Positions 29,124-40,057 of a DNA stretch of 64,000 bases are shown here, in pieces. Position 1 is the stretch's first letter. Every line of letters begins with the position of its first letter. The notes beneath the pieces are model-generated. The model was not told where the DNA came from. It saw nothing but the letters and a program-made list of their open reading frames with translations, and did not search any database. The translations under genes were made by a program, and so were the position numbers. Origin of the DNA: Deltaproteobacteria bacterium (lineage in GTDB: Bacteria; CG2-30-53-67); NCBI GenBank assembly GCA_013151235.1, contig JAADIO010000055.1:39743-103742 (forward strand), given 5' to 3'.

Positions 29124-30263
29124 TCAGAGTATGCCCCGAGCGCTTAACCAGTAAAGGCGGTTGTAGGCCAGTTTGAACCAGTGAATCATCTGAGACGGCT
29201 CCCCGGGATTGGGCGGCGTGTTGTAGTTGAACCAGACATAGGTCCCCTCCTCGAGACTGGTTTCCACGAAGCAGAAAACCTTTCCGTCATATCGGCGCCC
29301 CGGGCATCCCTCTTTAATCATGCAGATCAGTGATTCCGCAACGGTGTCGGCCTCGAAGTGGGCGGTCGATCCTGCCTTACTGATGGGAATATTGGTGGTG
29401 TCCCCCACCACAAAGACATTCTCCTTCCCTGCCATGGTCAGGCTGTGCTTATCCGTCGGGATCCAGCCGTCGGCGCCGAGGCCGGATTCTTCAATAAGGG
29501 GCATACCCTTGTGCGGGGGCACAGCAATGAGAAGGTCATAGTCCAGCGTGGATCCTTCCTCGCTGTGAATCTGCTTCTTCAGCGGATCGACCTCCTTCAT
29601 GTTGAAGAAGGTTTCATACCGGATTCCCCGACGTTCGAAGGCCTTGACCGCCCACTGGGCAACCGGCTCCAGGACATGGACCCGGGCAATGGGATAGGTA
29701 TAGAAGAGTTCGTACTTCTCTTTCAGACCGTTTTGGGAGAAAAGGTCGTCGAGCATGAAAGTGACTTCCAGGGGCGCCACGGGACACTTATGGGGAACAC
29801 CGACGGAAACGACAATCCGCCCCCCCTCAAACTCCTTCAACGCCTTCCGGAGTTTTTTGGCTCCGGCAAGATCATAGAACCAGTGCGCGCCCTCCTTGAG
29901 GCCGGGGACTTCCTCGGGGACAATTCTGGAACCGGTGGCAATGACCAGGTAGTCGTAAGGGAAGGACCTTCCGCTCTGCGCCGTGACCGTCTGACTCTCG
30001 GTGTCGATCTTCACGGCAGGGTCGACGTAGAGGTTGATCAGCGGGTCGAGGAGCCCGCGTTGATCCCGGATAATCTCATCGTCCTGCATCCGGCCAAAGG
30101 CGACGTAGAGAAAACCCGGCTGATAGACATGTTTCTCCGAAGCGCTGAGCATGTTGACGGTGACCTCTCCGCTGCGCAACTCGGTCCGCAAACCCCGGGC
30201 CAGCAGGTTGGCGACAATCGTCCCGCCTGTCCCCCCTCCGATAATAACGATACGCTTTCCCAT
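29124..30263 (-). CDS. sqr: Sulfide:quinone oxidoreductase-like NAD(P)/FAD-dependent disulfide oxidoreductase
   Basis: MGKRIVIIGGGTGG FAD-binding N-terminus (start set after the GAGAGGAGG SD), second nucleotide-binding motif VFVVGD, and conserved Cys residues. Confidence 0.8.
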   Translation of the reverse strand: MGKRIVIIGGGTGGTIVANLLARGLRTELRSGEVTVNMLSASEKHVYQPGFLYVAFGRMQDDEIIRDQRGLLDPLINLYVDPAVKIDTESQTVTAQSGRSFPYDYLVIATGSRIVPEEVPGLKEGAHWFYDLAGAKKLRKALKEFEGGRIVVSVGVPHKCPVAPLEVTFMLDDLFSQNGLKEKYELFYTYPIARVHVLEPVAQWAVKAFERRGIRYETFFNMKEVDPLKKQIHSEEGSTLDYDLLIAVPPHKGMPLIEESGLGADGWIPTDKHSLTMAGKENVFVVGDTTNIPISKAGSTAHFEADTVAESLICMIKEGCPGRRYDGKVFCFVETSLEEGTYVWFNYNTPPNPGEPSQMIHWFKLAYNRLYWLSARGIL

Positions 30264-30402
30264 GCGATGCCTCCTCTCTGACGGCGTTTCCGACCCACCG
30301 TCCATTCAGGCCACACGCTTCATTCAGATCCGGCTCCTTCTGCGATTCTCTCCCCGGGCCGGCCCCGGAATCCGCAAGATGGAGCCCCCTTTATGAGATC
30401 AT

Positions 30403-30639
30403 CTATTTAACTTTCTTCACCACGATGCTCCAGAATCCATCCTTTTCTTCGGCGCCGAGATACTCCTGCCCCACTTTGTGGATCCACTCCGGAATGTCTT
30501 TGGCGGACCCTTGGTCGGACGAGAGGACTTCGATCACCGTACCGACCGGTTCGCTCTTCATCATGCGGATCAGTTCCATCAGCGGTCCAGGACAGTAGGA
30601 ATCCCGTGCATCCACACTCTTGTCAATGGTCAGATTCAT
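30403..30639 (-). CDS. tusA: TusA-like sulfurtransferase
   Basis: 78 aa with the CPGP active-site motif (YCPGPLMEL). Confidence 0.8.
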   Translation of the reverse strand: MNLTIDKSVDARDSYCPGPLMELIRMMKSEPVGTVIEVLSSDQGSAKDIPEWIHKVGQEYLGAEEKDGFWSIVVKKVK

Positions 30640-30665
30640 TTCGCGGCCTCCTTTCGACTACAGGT

Positions 30666-31070
30666 CTAAAGATTGATAATATTATACCCTTCTGCGTCCA
30701 CGAGAAACTTCGTCATCCCTGCGACTTCGTCGAAGACGTCCTCCTCAAGGTCCGCCTCCGTCATACCGAGTACCTCCATCGCCATGGGACAGGCATAGAT
30801 CTTTGCCGCACCGAACTCCCGTGCCTGCCGGAAGAGATCGAGATAGGGGGGAACCTTCTTCGCTTGCAGGACCTTTGAAAAATCCGCCCCGGAGAAACGT
30901 TCTTCGTCACCAATCCCCTTCCGGAACTTCCGAATCGCCCCCATAGAGACGAAGAGCAGGACCTCAATCCCGGACACGGCCGCCACCGAGGCAATCATGC
31001 CGGCAAGCTGAACCTTTACATAGTCCTCGGATGAGAGGATGATTGCGATCTTTCTTCCCTCTGCCGTCAT
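30666..31070 (-). CDS. dsrE: DsrE/DsrF-like sulfur relay family protein
   Basis: 134 aa with a DsrE-like fold signature (IAIILSSEDYVKVQLA...YACPMAMEVLG, conserved Cys). Confidence 0.75.
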   Translation of the reverse strand: MTAEGRKIAIILSSEDYVKVQLAGMIASVAAVSGIEVLLFVSMGAIRKFRKGIGDEERFSGADFSKVLQAKKVPPYLDLFRQAREFGAAKIYACPMAMEVLGMTEADLEEDVFDEVAGMTKFLVDAEGYNIINL

Positions 31071-31130
31071 AAGCCCTCCTTACGCAACCCCTGGAATCTT
31101 TCCATCCTTTGCCTTCCTCCCTGTTAAAAA

Positions 31131-31145
31131 GCAAAGGAGATGCCA
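31131..31145 (-). promoter_or_regulatory. Sigma-54 (-24/-12) promoter upstream of dsrE-tusA-sqr-DUF1641
   Basis: Minus-strand sequence TGGCATCTCCTTTGCT matches TGGCAC-N5-TTGCW with exact GG/GC spacing. It lies about 60 bp upstream of the dsrE ATG. Confidence 0.6.
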
Positions 31146-31167
31146 AATATTCACAAATATGAATATT
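31146..31167. promoter_or_regulatory. Perfect 8-bp-arm palindrome AATATTCA-N6-TGAATATT abutting the -24 element
   Basis: Seen directly in the sequence. Candidate IHF or auxiliary regulator site. Confidence 0.3.
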
Positions 31168-31243
31168 TTCGATAACCCGATGATTTGACGTCTTTTTTTT
31201 GATTAGTTTGAAAGGAATTTCAACAAGCGGGACGCCCTCGATT

Positions 31244-31289
31244 TGCAGAAATGAGAATTGAGGCGAAATTCCGGTCGCAAAATTGAGAA
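31244..31289. promoter_or_regulatory. Two direct repeats GCAnAAATGAGAA spaced 32 bp apart (candidate enhancer/UAS for the adjacent NtrC-type activator)
   Basis: TGCAGAAATGAGAA (31244-31257) and CGCAAAATTGAGAA (31276-31289) sit about 100-145 bp upstream of the -24 element. Confidence 0.3.
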
Positions 31290-31324
31290 GGGAAGAGATG
31301 AAGACAAAATTCTTTTGTGGGGGA

Positions 31325-32671
31325 TTATTCTTTCTGTTCCAGTTTCCTGTAGAGCGTCGCCAGACTGATCCCAAGTCGTTCCGCCGCTTTCTGCTTGTCG
31401 CAGCCGGACCGTTCAAGAACCCCTTCAATATGCATCCTTTCGTAAACCCGGAGTGCGCTTTTTAGATTTTCTCTGGAGAGGGTCTCGGAGCGGCGATCCC
31501 CCTCCAGGAGATTCGGCGGCAGGTCTTCCGGTTGCAGCGTGGGAGGCGTCCCGAGAATCATGCTTCGTTCCATGACATTTTCCAGTTCCCGGATATTGCC
31601 TTTCCACCGGTACCCGGACAGAACCCGCAGAACCTCCGGGGAGACATCCCGGAACCGGCGGTTCATTTCAAGATTGTACTTCCGAATAAAATGATTGACC
31701 AACAGAGGGAGATCATCGATCCGCTCCCGCAATGGAGGGACCTTGATCTCTACAATATTGAGCCGATAGTAAAGATCCTCCCGGAAGGTCCCGGCATTCA
31801 TCCGCTCCTGAAGATCCTGATGGGTCGCTGCGATGAGACGGATATCAACCTTGACTCGTTCCGTCCCTCCCACAGGCAGGATCTCCTTTTCTTCAATAGC
31901 CCGAAGGAGCTTGGTCTGGAGCCCAACGGAAAGGTCCCCTATCTCATCGAGAAACAGGGTCCCCTCGTTAGCGACCTCAAAGAGCCCCTTCCTGTCTTCC
32001 TGCGCATCGGTGAAGGCCCCCTTGCGATAGCCGAAAAGCATGGAATCAAGGAGGGTCGCAGGAATGGCACAACAATTGACGGGAATGAACCGTTTCGCCC
32101 GCCGGTCACTCCTGTTGTGAATAGCCCGGGCCACTAATTCCTTGCCGGTCCCGCTCTCCCCCGTAATCAGGACAGTCCCCTTGGAAGAGGCCACCCTTTT
32201 GATCAATTCCAGCATCTCCCGAACCGGTTGAGACTGCCCGATAATATCGGAGAAATCGTATCGGCCTGCGACCTCTTCCCGAAGGAGCCGGTTATCCTCG
32301 GTCAGGTCGGTGAGTTGAAACAGCTTTTTGATCCGGAAGACGACGTCATCCAGGAGAAAAGGTTTGATGATGTAATCCACCGCACCCTGCCGCAGGGCCT
32401 CCACCGCCGTATCGACGGAAGCATAGGCCGTCATCATGACCACCGGCGTGCCGGGCCGGGAGGTCTTAATCCGTCGGAGCAGATCAATCCCGTTTATGCC
32501 GGGCATCCGAATGTCGCAGATGACGGCATCGAAAGCAATGCGATCGAAGAGTGTCGAGGCCTCATCTCCGTCGGCCGCCGTCACCGGGCTGTATCCTTCC
32601 TCGGCAAGAACCGACGACAGGGATTCCCGGATGGTTGTCTCATCATCAACGATAAGAATTTTCTTTGACAT
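31325..32671 (-). CDS. Sigma-54-dependent Fis-family response regulator (NtrC-type: REC + AAA+ + HTH)
   Basis: N-terminal REC domain (ILIVDDE...D at the phospho-site), GESGTGKE Walker A, GAFTGA-type region and a C-terminal HTH. Confidence 0.9.
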   Translation of the reverse strand: MSKKILIVDDETTIRESLSSVLAEEGYSPVTAADGDEASTLFDRIAFDAVICDIRMPGINGIDLLRRIKTSRPGTPVVMMTAYASVDTAVEALRQGAVDYIIKPFLLDDVVFRIKKLFQLTDLTEDNRLLREEVAGRYDFSDIIGQSQPVREMLELIKRVASSKGTVLITGESGTGKELVARAIHNRSDRRAKRFIPVNCCAIPATLLDSMLFGYRKGAFTDAQEDRKGLFEVANEGTLFLDEIGDLSVGLQTKLLRAIEEKEILPVGGTERVKVDIRLIAATHQDLQERMNAGTFREDLYYRLNIVEIKVPPLRERIDDLPLLVNHFIRKYNLEMNRRFRDVSPEVLRVLSGYRWKGNIRELENVMERSMILGTPPTLQPEDLPPNLLEGDRRSETLSRENLKSALRVYERMHIEGVLERSGCDKQKAAERLGISLATLYRKLEQKE

Positions 32672-32677
32672 CTTCCC

Positions 32678-33847
32678 TCACTCCTGTCGACTGCAACTCA
32701 ATTCCAGGGGAAGGAAAACCCGGAAGGTACTCCCTTTCCCCGGACAACTTTCAACTTCAATTCTACCACCGAGACTTTCCATAACACCGTAGCTGATAAA
32801 GAGTCCCAGCCCCGTGCCGCGTCCCACGTCCTTGGTGGTGAAAAAGGGCTCAAAGATCTTCGGCACAATCTCGGGAGGGATCCCCGTTCCCGTATCTGAA
32901 ATTTCGATGACGACCCATTCCCCGGCCCGGCAAGTCTCTAACGTCAGGGTTCCCTCTCCCTCCATAGCATCGGCGGCATTGATCATCAGGTTCATCAAGA
33001 CCTGCAACAGGGAATCACGCACCAGTTCCAGCGGGGGGAGCTTAGGATCAAAGTCGGTGACGATCCGAAGCCCGGCGGCCGTCTGGTTGTACTTTAGAAA
33101 AGCCAGCGCATTCTCCAGGACCTCCCGCAGATTCACCCGCTCCGTCCCTTTCCGGGCGGGCCGGGAAAAATCGACCAACTCCCGTACGATCCCTGAAATC
33201 CGGTTGATATGGGTCAGGATCGATGCCAGCCTTTCTTCGTTCCCGGGATCATCGATCCTGCGCCGGATCAATTGAACCAGCGTGGAGATCGAGGCAAGTG
33301 GATTCCCCACCTCATGCGCAATCCCCGAAGCCAGAAGCCCCAAGGCGGCCATCTTCTCCTGGTGAACAAGTTGAGCCTGGGATTCCCGGAGCTGAAGCGT
33401 CGCTTCCCGTACCCGTCTCTCAAGTCTCCGTTCGGCTTCCAGAATCTGTTCCATTTTCCGGTCCAGACTGAACATCATATCATTGAAGAGTTCCCCCATC
33501 TTGTCGGTGGGATTCTTCGTCGCCGCCTGAAAAACTTCACATTGCCGACAATCCTCTAATGGGTGAACCCGATTATGAGAGGGGGACTTCCCACAGTAGG
33601 TCCCGGCAATCTGCCAGCAACGGAGATTGGCGGACTGATAGGCAGGACAATCCTGTCGGAAGCACCGGGTCATCTCCCAACACCGAAGGAGACGGGGATT
33701 TTCGAAGCGGGTCTTAAAATCCCGGCTCTGTTCCGCCTCAAAAAAGAGGCGGCCCAATTCCGTGGTCAGCCGTTCGAACTCCGTCTTGCAATCCTTCAGT
33801 TCCTTCAGCTCCGCCCGCAGATTACGGACGTTCTCTTCTCCTGCCAT
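32678..33847 (-). CDS. Soluble sensor histidine kinase with an N-terminal cysteine-rich domain
   Basis: HEVGNPL H-box, N/G1/G2 boxes (GTGLGLFIS) and no TM segment. The N-terminal region carries 7 Cys (C-x5-C-x4-C-x9-C-x7-C-x14-C-x2-C). Confidence 0.85.
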   Translation of the reverse strand: MAGEENVRNLRAELKELKDCKTEFERLTTELGRLFFEAEQSRDFKTRFENPRLLRCWEMTRCFRQDCPAYQSANLRCWQIAGTYCGKSPSHNRVHPLEDCRQCEVFQAATKNPTDKMGELFNDMMFSLDRKMEQILEAERRLERRVREATLQLRESQAQLVHQEKMAALGLLASGIAHEVGNPLASISTLVQLIRRRIDDPGNEERLASILTHINRISGIVRELVDFSRPARKGTERVNLREVLENALAFLKYNQTAAGLRIVTDFDPKLPPLELVRDSLLQVLMNLMINAADAMEGEGTLTLETCRAGEWVVIEISDTGTGIPPEIVPKIFEPFFTTKDVGRGTGLGLFISYGVMESLGGRIEVESCPGKGSTFRVFLPLELSCSRQE

Positions 33848-35444
33848 GGCATTCCAACCCCTCCATCCCCAGTAAAGACAATACACAATATACCCCATCC
33901 AGGGCGGAGCTGACAATTCCCCCGGCATAGCCGGCCCCCTCCCCTAAAGGATAGAGACCTCTCACCGTCACTGAGGCGTAATCCTTTCCCCGGACAAGCC
34001 GTACCGGAGAAGAGGTCCGGGTCTCCACACCGATCAGGATTCCGTCCTCGGAGATAAAACCGGGAATTTTCTTCCCCCAGACCCGCAGCGCCCCCTTGAG
34101 CCCCGTCGTCACAAAATCGGGCAACACTGCGTGGAGGTCACAGGAGTAGACCCCCGGCCGGTAGGTCGTTTCCGGAAGACTGGACGAAACAGTCCGCCTC
34201 AGAAAATCAGTAACCCGCTGTGCCGGTGCGGAGTAATTCTCTCCCCCCGCTCGAAAGGCCGCCTCCTCCCACTTTCTCAGAAAGGCAAGACCTGCGAGAG
34301 GCCCCCGGCCCGAAAAGTCCTCCCTGCGAACCGATACCACCAGACCGCTGTCGGCATAGCCGCTTGCCCGGCCAAAACGGCTCATGCCGTTGGTGACGAT
34401 CCGACCCGGCTGAGAATTAGCTGCAATCACCTGCCCGCCGGGACACATGCAGAAGGTATAGACCCCGCGATCCTGTTTACGATCCCGGTAGGTTAAACGA
34501 TAACGGGAGGGACCGAGCCTCGGATGACCCGCCCACCGGCCATATTGAACCCGGTCGAGCCTCCCCTGGGGATGTTCAATCCGGACTCCGACGGCCAAGG
34601 GCTTTTGTTCCATCGCGACGCCGGCCCGCTCCAGAACGGCATAGGTGTCTTCCGCCCCATGGCCTGTTGCCAAAACGAGCCGGTCCGTTTCAATTTTTTC
34701 CCCGTTCTCCAACCCAAGACCACACAACCGGCCATTCTTCACAAGAATTCCGGTCATCCGGCTTCCAAAACGGACTTCGCCCCCGAGAGACTCAATCTCT
34801 TTTCGCAGGGCAACAATCACGCCCCGAAGCCGGTCGGTCCCAATATGAGGATAGGCCTCGTAGAGAATTTCCGAAGGTGCCCCGGCTTTTACAAATTCGG
34901 AGAGAAGCCAGGGAATCATCGCCGACCGTTTTCCCGTGGTCAGTTTTCCGTCGGAGAAGGTCCCGGCCCCTCCCTCTCCGAAACAGACGTTGCTCTCGGA
35001 CCGGAACACCCCCTTCGACCAGAAGGTGGAGACATCCCGGACCCGTTCCTGCATGGGACGTCCCCGTTCAAGAACGATCGGCTCCGCCCCCGCCCGGGCC
35101 AGGAGAAGGGCGGCGAAGATCCCGGCGGGACCAAAGCCGACGACGACCGGCCTTTTATAAAAACTTTTCTTGTGAAGTACGAAAGGCGGCCCCGGAGGCA
35201 TCACGATTTCGGCCGAAATACCTTCTTTTTCTCTGATGATCTTGAGGAGTTCTTCTTCCCCATCCGCGGAAATTTCAACCGTATAGAGAATGCGAACATC
35301 GTGACGTGCATCAATGGAACGTTTCAGAATGTGGAGGGAACGGATCCGGCCGGAGGGAATGTGGAGAAGGTCGGCCAGCACATCTTTCAAATCCCTGCGA
35401 TCTTCGTCAGGAGTGAGCCGAATTTCTCGAATTGAAAAAGGCAT
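33822..35444 (-). CDS. Uncharacterized FAD-dependent dehydrogenase (COG2509-like)
   Basis: VVGFGPAGIFAAL dinucleotide-binding motif and the overall ~540-aa COG2509 architecture. Confidence 0.7.
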   Translation of the reverse strand: MPFSIREIRLTPDEDRRDLKDVLADLLHIPSGRIRSLHILKRSIDARHDVRILYTVEISADGEEELLKIIREKEGISAEIVMPPGPPFVLHKKSFYKRPVVVGFGPAGIFAALLLARAGAEPIVLERGRPMQERVRDVSTFWSKGVFRSESNVCFGEGGAGTFSDGKLTTGKRSAMIPWLLSEFVKAGAPSEILYEAYPHIGTDRLRGVIVALRKEIESLGGEVRFGSRMTGILVKNGRLCGLGLENGEKIETDRLVLATGHGAEDTYAVLERAGVAMEQKPLAVGVRIEHPQGRLDRVQYGRWAGHPRLGPSRYRLTYRDRKQDRGVYTFCMCPGGQVIAANSQPGRIVTNGMSRFGRASGYADSGLVVSVRREDFSGRGPLAGLAFLRKWEEAAFRAGGENYSAPAQRVTDFLRRTVSSSLPETTYRPGVYSCDLHAVLPDFVTTGLKGALRVWGKKIPGFISEDGILIGVETRTSSPVRLVRGKDYASVTVRGLYPLGEGAGYAGGIVSSALDGVYCVLSLLGMEGLECHGRRRERP

Positions 35445-35454
35445 GATGATTCAT

Positions 35455-35495
35455 AAAAAGGGGAGCCCCCGGCTTTTTGGGGGTCCCCCTTTTTA
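35455..35495. terminator. Bidirectional rho-independent terminator between ahcY and the FAD-dehydrogenase gene
   Basis: GC-rich hairpin GGGGAGCCCCCGGCTTTTTGGGGGTCCCC flanked by an A-run and a T-run. Confidence 0.55.
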
Positions 35496-35496
35496 T

Positions 35497-36798
<1,302 letters not shown>

Positions 36799-37075
36799 TT
36801 ACACCATGAAGGACATGAAGATCATAAAGAAAAATCAAATCAAGTTATTACCGACCGTTCGCTATGCTCACTCAAGACGCAGAGTGCGTAAAGGAGGACA
36901 GGGGAAATTCTTTGTTTTTTCTCTGCGTCCTCCGCGACTCTGCGGTGAGATCATGTCTTTCTTATCTTTTGTGATTTGTTTTGCCTTCTCTGTGACCTCC
37001 GTGTGCTGGTGAATGCTTTTGCTTTTGATCTTGAACTTAGCCTCTTTGTGCCTTTGCCTTTGCCTCTTCGCTTTC

Positions 37076-38269
37076 TCAGAGTCCCGCTGCCGACTTGAGC
37101 TCTTCTGCCATGTCGGTCTTTTCCCAGGTGAATCCCGGTCCCTTCTTCCAGTGGATCCCCTCCGGGCTTCGCCCGAAATGGCCGTAGGCGGCGGTCGCCC
37201 GATAGATCGGACGCTTCAAATCAAGTTTTTTAATGATCGCCGCCGGCCGCATGTCGAAAATCTCCCGGATAATCTCGATGATCCGTTGATAAGGAATCTT
37301 CTCCGTTCCGAAGGAGTCCACGTGGACCGAGACCGGCTGGGCCACACCGATGGCATAGGCAAGCTGTACCTCGCACTTGTCGGCGATCCCCGCAGCCACG
37401 ACGTTCTTGGCGATATACCGGGCCATGTAGGCACCGGAGCGATCGACTTTGGTCGGGTCCTTGCCGGAGAAACAGCCGCCGCCGTGGCTTCCCACGCCGC
37501 CATAGGTGTCGACGATGATCTTCCGCCCGGTAAGGCCGCAATCCCCCATGGGGCCGCCCACGACGAAGCGTCCCGTGGGATTGATATGATAGATCACCTT
37601 CTCTTCGTCCAGGAGGTTCGCCGGGATGACCGGCTTGACGACCTGCTCAATCAGGTCCTCACGGATCTGCCTGAGGGTTACGTCGGGACTGTGCTGGGTA
37701 GAAAGGACAATCGTATGAACCCGTTTCGGGGTACCGTTCTCGTACTCAATGGTTACCTGCGACTTACCGTCGGGCCGGAGGTAATCCAGAACGTCCTCCT
37801 TCCGGACATCGGAGAGCCGCTGCGTCAGTTTGTGGGCCAAGCTGATCGGAAGCGGCATCAACTCCTTCGTCTCGTTCGTGGCATACCCGAACATGAGACC
37901 CTGGTCCCCGGCCCCCTGTTCCTCATGCAGCCCAATCCCCTCGCTCACCCCCTGGGAAATGTCGGGCGACTGCTCGTCGATGGAGGTGATGACGGCGCAG
38001 GTCTCATAATCAAAGCCGTATTTGGCGCGGGTATAGCCCAACCCCTTGATCGTCTTGCGCACGACTCTTGGAATGTCGACGTAACAGTCCGTCGTGATCT
38101 CGCCGGAGACCATGGCCAGTCCCGTCGTCACCAACGTCTCGCAGGCAACACGGCCGTTCGGATCCCGATTCAGAATCTCATCGAGAATGGAATCGGAGAT
38201 CTGGTCAGCTACCTTGTCGGGGTGACCCTCCGTTACCGACTCCGAGGTGAATAGATATTTTTCCGGCAT
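37076..38269 (-). CDS. metK: S-adenosylmethionine synthase
   Basis: [30 protein letters not shown] and [10 protein letters not shown] motifs. Confidence 0.95.
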   Translation of the reverse strand: MPEKYLFTSESVTEGHPDKVADQISDSILDEILNRDPNGRVACETLVTTGLAMVSGEITTDCYVDIPRVVRKTIKGLGYTRAKYGFDYETCAVITSIDEQSPDISQGVSEGIGLHEEQGAGDQGLMFGYATNETKELMPLPISLAHKLTQRLSDVRKEDVLDYLRPDGKSQVTIEYENGTPKRVHTIVLSTQHSPDVTLRQIREDLIEQVVKPVIPANLLDEEKVIYHINPTGRFVVGGPMGDCGLTGRKIIVDTYGGVGSHGGGCFSGKDPTKVDRSGAYMARYIAKNVVAAGIADKCEVQLAYAIGVAQPVSVHVDSFGTEKIPYQRIIEIIREIFDMRPAAIIKKLDLKRPIYRATAAYGHFGRSPEGIHWKKGPGFTWEKTDMAEELKSAAGL

Positions 38270-38300
38270 GGATCCTTCCTTTCTCCAGGGTTTGAAACGA

Positions 38301-38816
38301 TTAGAACTTCAGTAACGAATATACAGGATAACCATTGAGCTTCTCCCGCCCCTTCAGGAATTCCAGTTCTACCAGAAAGGCACATTCCACGATATTTCCA
38401 TCCAGCTGCTTTACCAGATCAATGGAGGCCCTGACCGTCCCCCCCGTCGCGATCAGGTCATCGGCGATGAGGACATTCTGACCCGGAGAAATCGCATCTT
38501 CATGAATCTCCAACTGGTCCGTGCCGTACTCCAACTCGTAGATCGTCTTGTGCGTCTTGTAGGGAAGCTTTCCCGGTTTCCGGACCAGGATCACCCCGGC
38601 ACCGAGACGGTAGGCCAACGCCGCCCCGATCACAAATCCTCGGGACTCGATCCCGACGACAAGATCAATATCCCGATCCATATAGCGGTTTGCAAGGGTA
38701 TCGATGGCGCGGGCGAAAGCCCGTTTATCGGACAACAGGGTCGTGATGTCCTTAAAGATGATCCCCTTCTTGGGAAAGTCGGGGACATCCCGGATCAGTT
38801 TTTTGAGTCGTTCCAT
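38301..38816 (-). CDS. apt: Adenine phosphoribosyltransferase
   Basis: PRTase motif [13 protein letters not shown] and the type-I PRT fold length. Confidence 0.9.
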   Translation of the reverse strand: MERLKKLIRDVPDFPKKGIIFKDITTLLSDKRAFARAIDTLANRYMDRDIDLVVGIESRGFVIGAALAYRLGAGVILVRKPGKLPYKTHKTIYELEYGTDQLEIHEDAISPGQNVLIADDLIATGGTVRASIDLVKQLDGNIVECAFLVELEFLKGREKLNGYPVYSLLKF

Positions 38817-38845
38817 GAAAAGCTCCTATCTTTTAAAAAGTCCTA

Positions 38846-38940
38846 TTCGTAAAGTGGCCTGTCTGCGTGCGGAGACACGCACAGGCAAGCATTTGAGGGC
38901 GGCAGGGCAGCCCCCCCGGTGCGTCACAGTATTTACGAAC
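38846..38940. repeat. Palindromic element bounded by TTCGTAAA/TTTACGAA inverted repeats, between the sigma-factor gene and apt
   Basis: Terminal inverted repeats and an internal imperfect GCCTGTCTGCGTG...CACGCACAGGC hairpin are visible in the sequence. Its TIR flavour (CGTAAA...TTTACG) is similar to the MITE-like elements but the interior differs. Confidence 0.3.
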
Positions 38941-38951
38941 AAGACGACCCC

Positions 38952-39881
38952 TTACAGAATCTCGTCTAAAATCAGAGATTCCCTGGTGATAATATAGCGG
39001 AGTTTCTTGAGGGCTGAAGACTCAATCTGCCGTATCCGCTCCCTCGTTACGCCGAACTCCTCGCCGATCTTCTCAAGGGTCATCGGATCCCCATCCTCGA
39101 GTCCGAAGCGGAGGATCACCACGTTTTTCTCGTTCTCCGTTAATTTTTCCAGCCAGACGGAGATCATCTCGTGCCGCTTGATCCCTTCCACAATATCATC
39201 GGGCGAAAGAATGGAGGTATCTTCAATGACATCCTTGAGAGAATTCTCCTGCTTTTCGCCGATCGGCATATCGAGAGACTGTGTCGAGCGGACAACCTGC
39301 ATTACCTCTTTGATCTTTTCAACGGTCGTATCCATCACCTCCGCCATCTCATCCACGGTAGGCTCCCGGCCCTTGACCTGGATCTGCTCCCGCAGAACCC
39401 GGACCAACCGGTTGATCTTCTCGTCCACATGAATGGGCAAGCGAATCGTCCGAGTCTGGTTCACGATGGAACGTTCGATCGCCTGGCGAATCCACCAGGA
39501 AGCATAGGTACTGAATTTGAATCCTTTTTTGTACTGAAACCGTTCCACCGCCTTGATCAACCCGATATTCCCCTCTTCGATCAGATCCAGGAAGGGAAGT
39601 CCCCGGTTCATGTACCGTTTGGCAATGCTGACAACGAGTCGAAGGTTGGATTCAATCATCTTCTCCCGTGCCGATGCGTCATTTTTCTCCACGCGCTTGG
39701 CCAGGGCGACTTCTTCTTCCGGGGTCAGAAGAGGGATGGCACTGATTTCACGAAGGTAGATCTTGATCGTGTCCAGAGAAGCGGAAATCGCCTTCTGCTT
39801 CTTCGGCGATTTCTTGCCGGCCTTCGCCTTCATAACATCCGGAGACGCCTCAGCGTCTTCTCCTTTTGCATTCTGCACCAA
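38952..39881 (-). CDS. RNA polymerase sigma-70 family factor (group 1/2, RpoD/RpoS-like, short form)
   Basis: Regions 2-4 are present ([32 protein letters not shown]...RERIRQIE). Confidence 0.85.
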   Translation of the reverse strand: MVQNAKGEDAEASPDVMKAKAGKKSPKKQKAISASLDTIKIYLREISAIPLLTPEEEVALAKRVEKNDASAREKMIESNLRLVVSIAKRYMNRGLPFLDLIEEGNIGLIKAVERFQYKKGFKFSTYASWWIRQAIERSIVNQTRTIRLPIHVDEKINRLVRVLREQIQVKGREPTVDEMAEVMDTTVEKIKEVMQVVRSTQSLDMPIGEKQENSLKDVIEDTSILSPDDIVEGIKRHEMISVWLEKLTENEKNVVILRFGLEDGDPMTLEKIGEEFGVTRERIRQIESSALKKLRYIITRESLILDEIL

Positions 39882-39966
39882 TGCAGACCTCCATTACGCC
39901 GGAATATATGATCACCAAGACCGCCATGGCGGGGAAACCGAGTCAATTTTACTCCATCGTAAAGAG

Positions 39967-40043
<77 letters not shown>

Positions 40044-40057
40044 ATCCGGAAGTCTGC

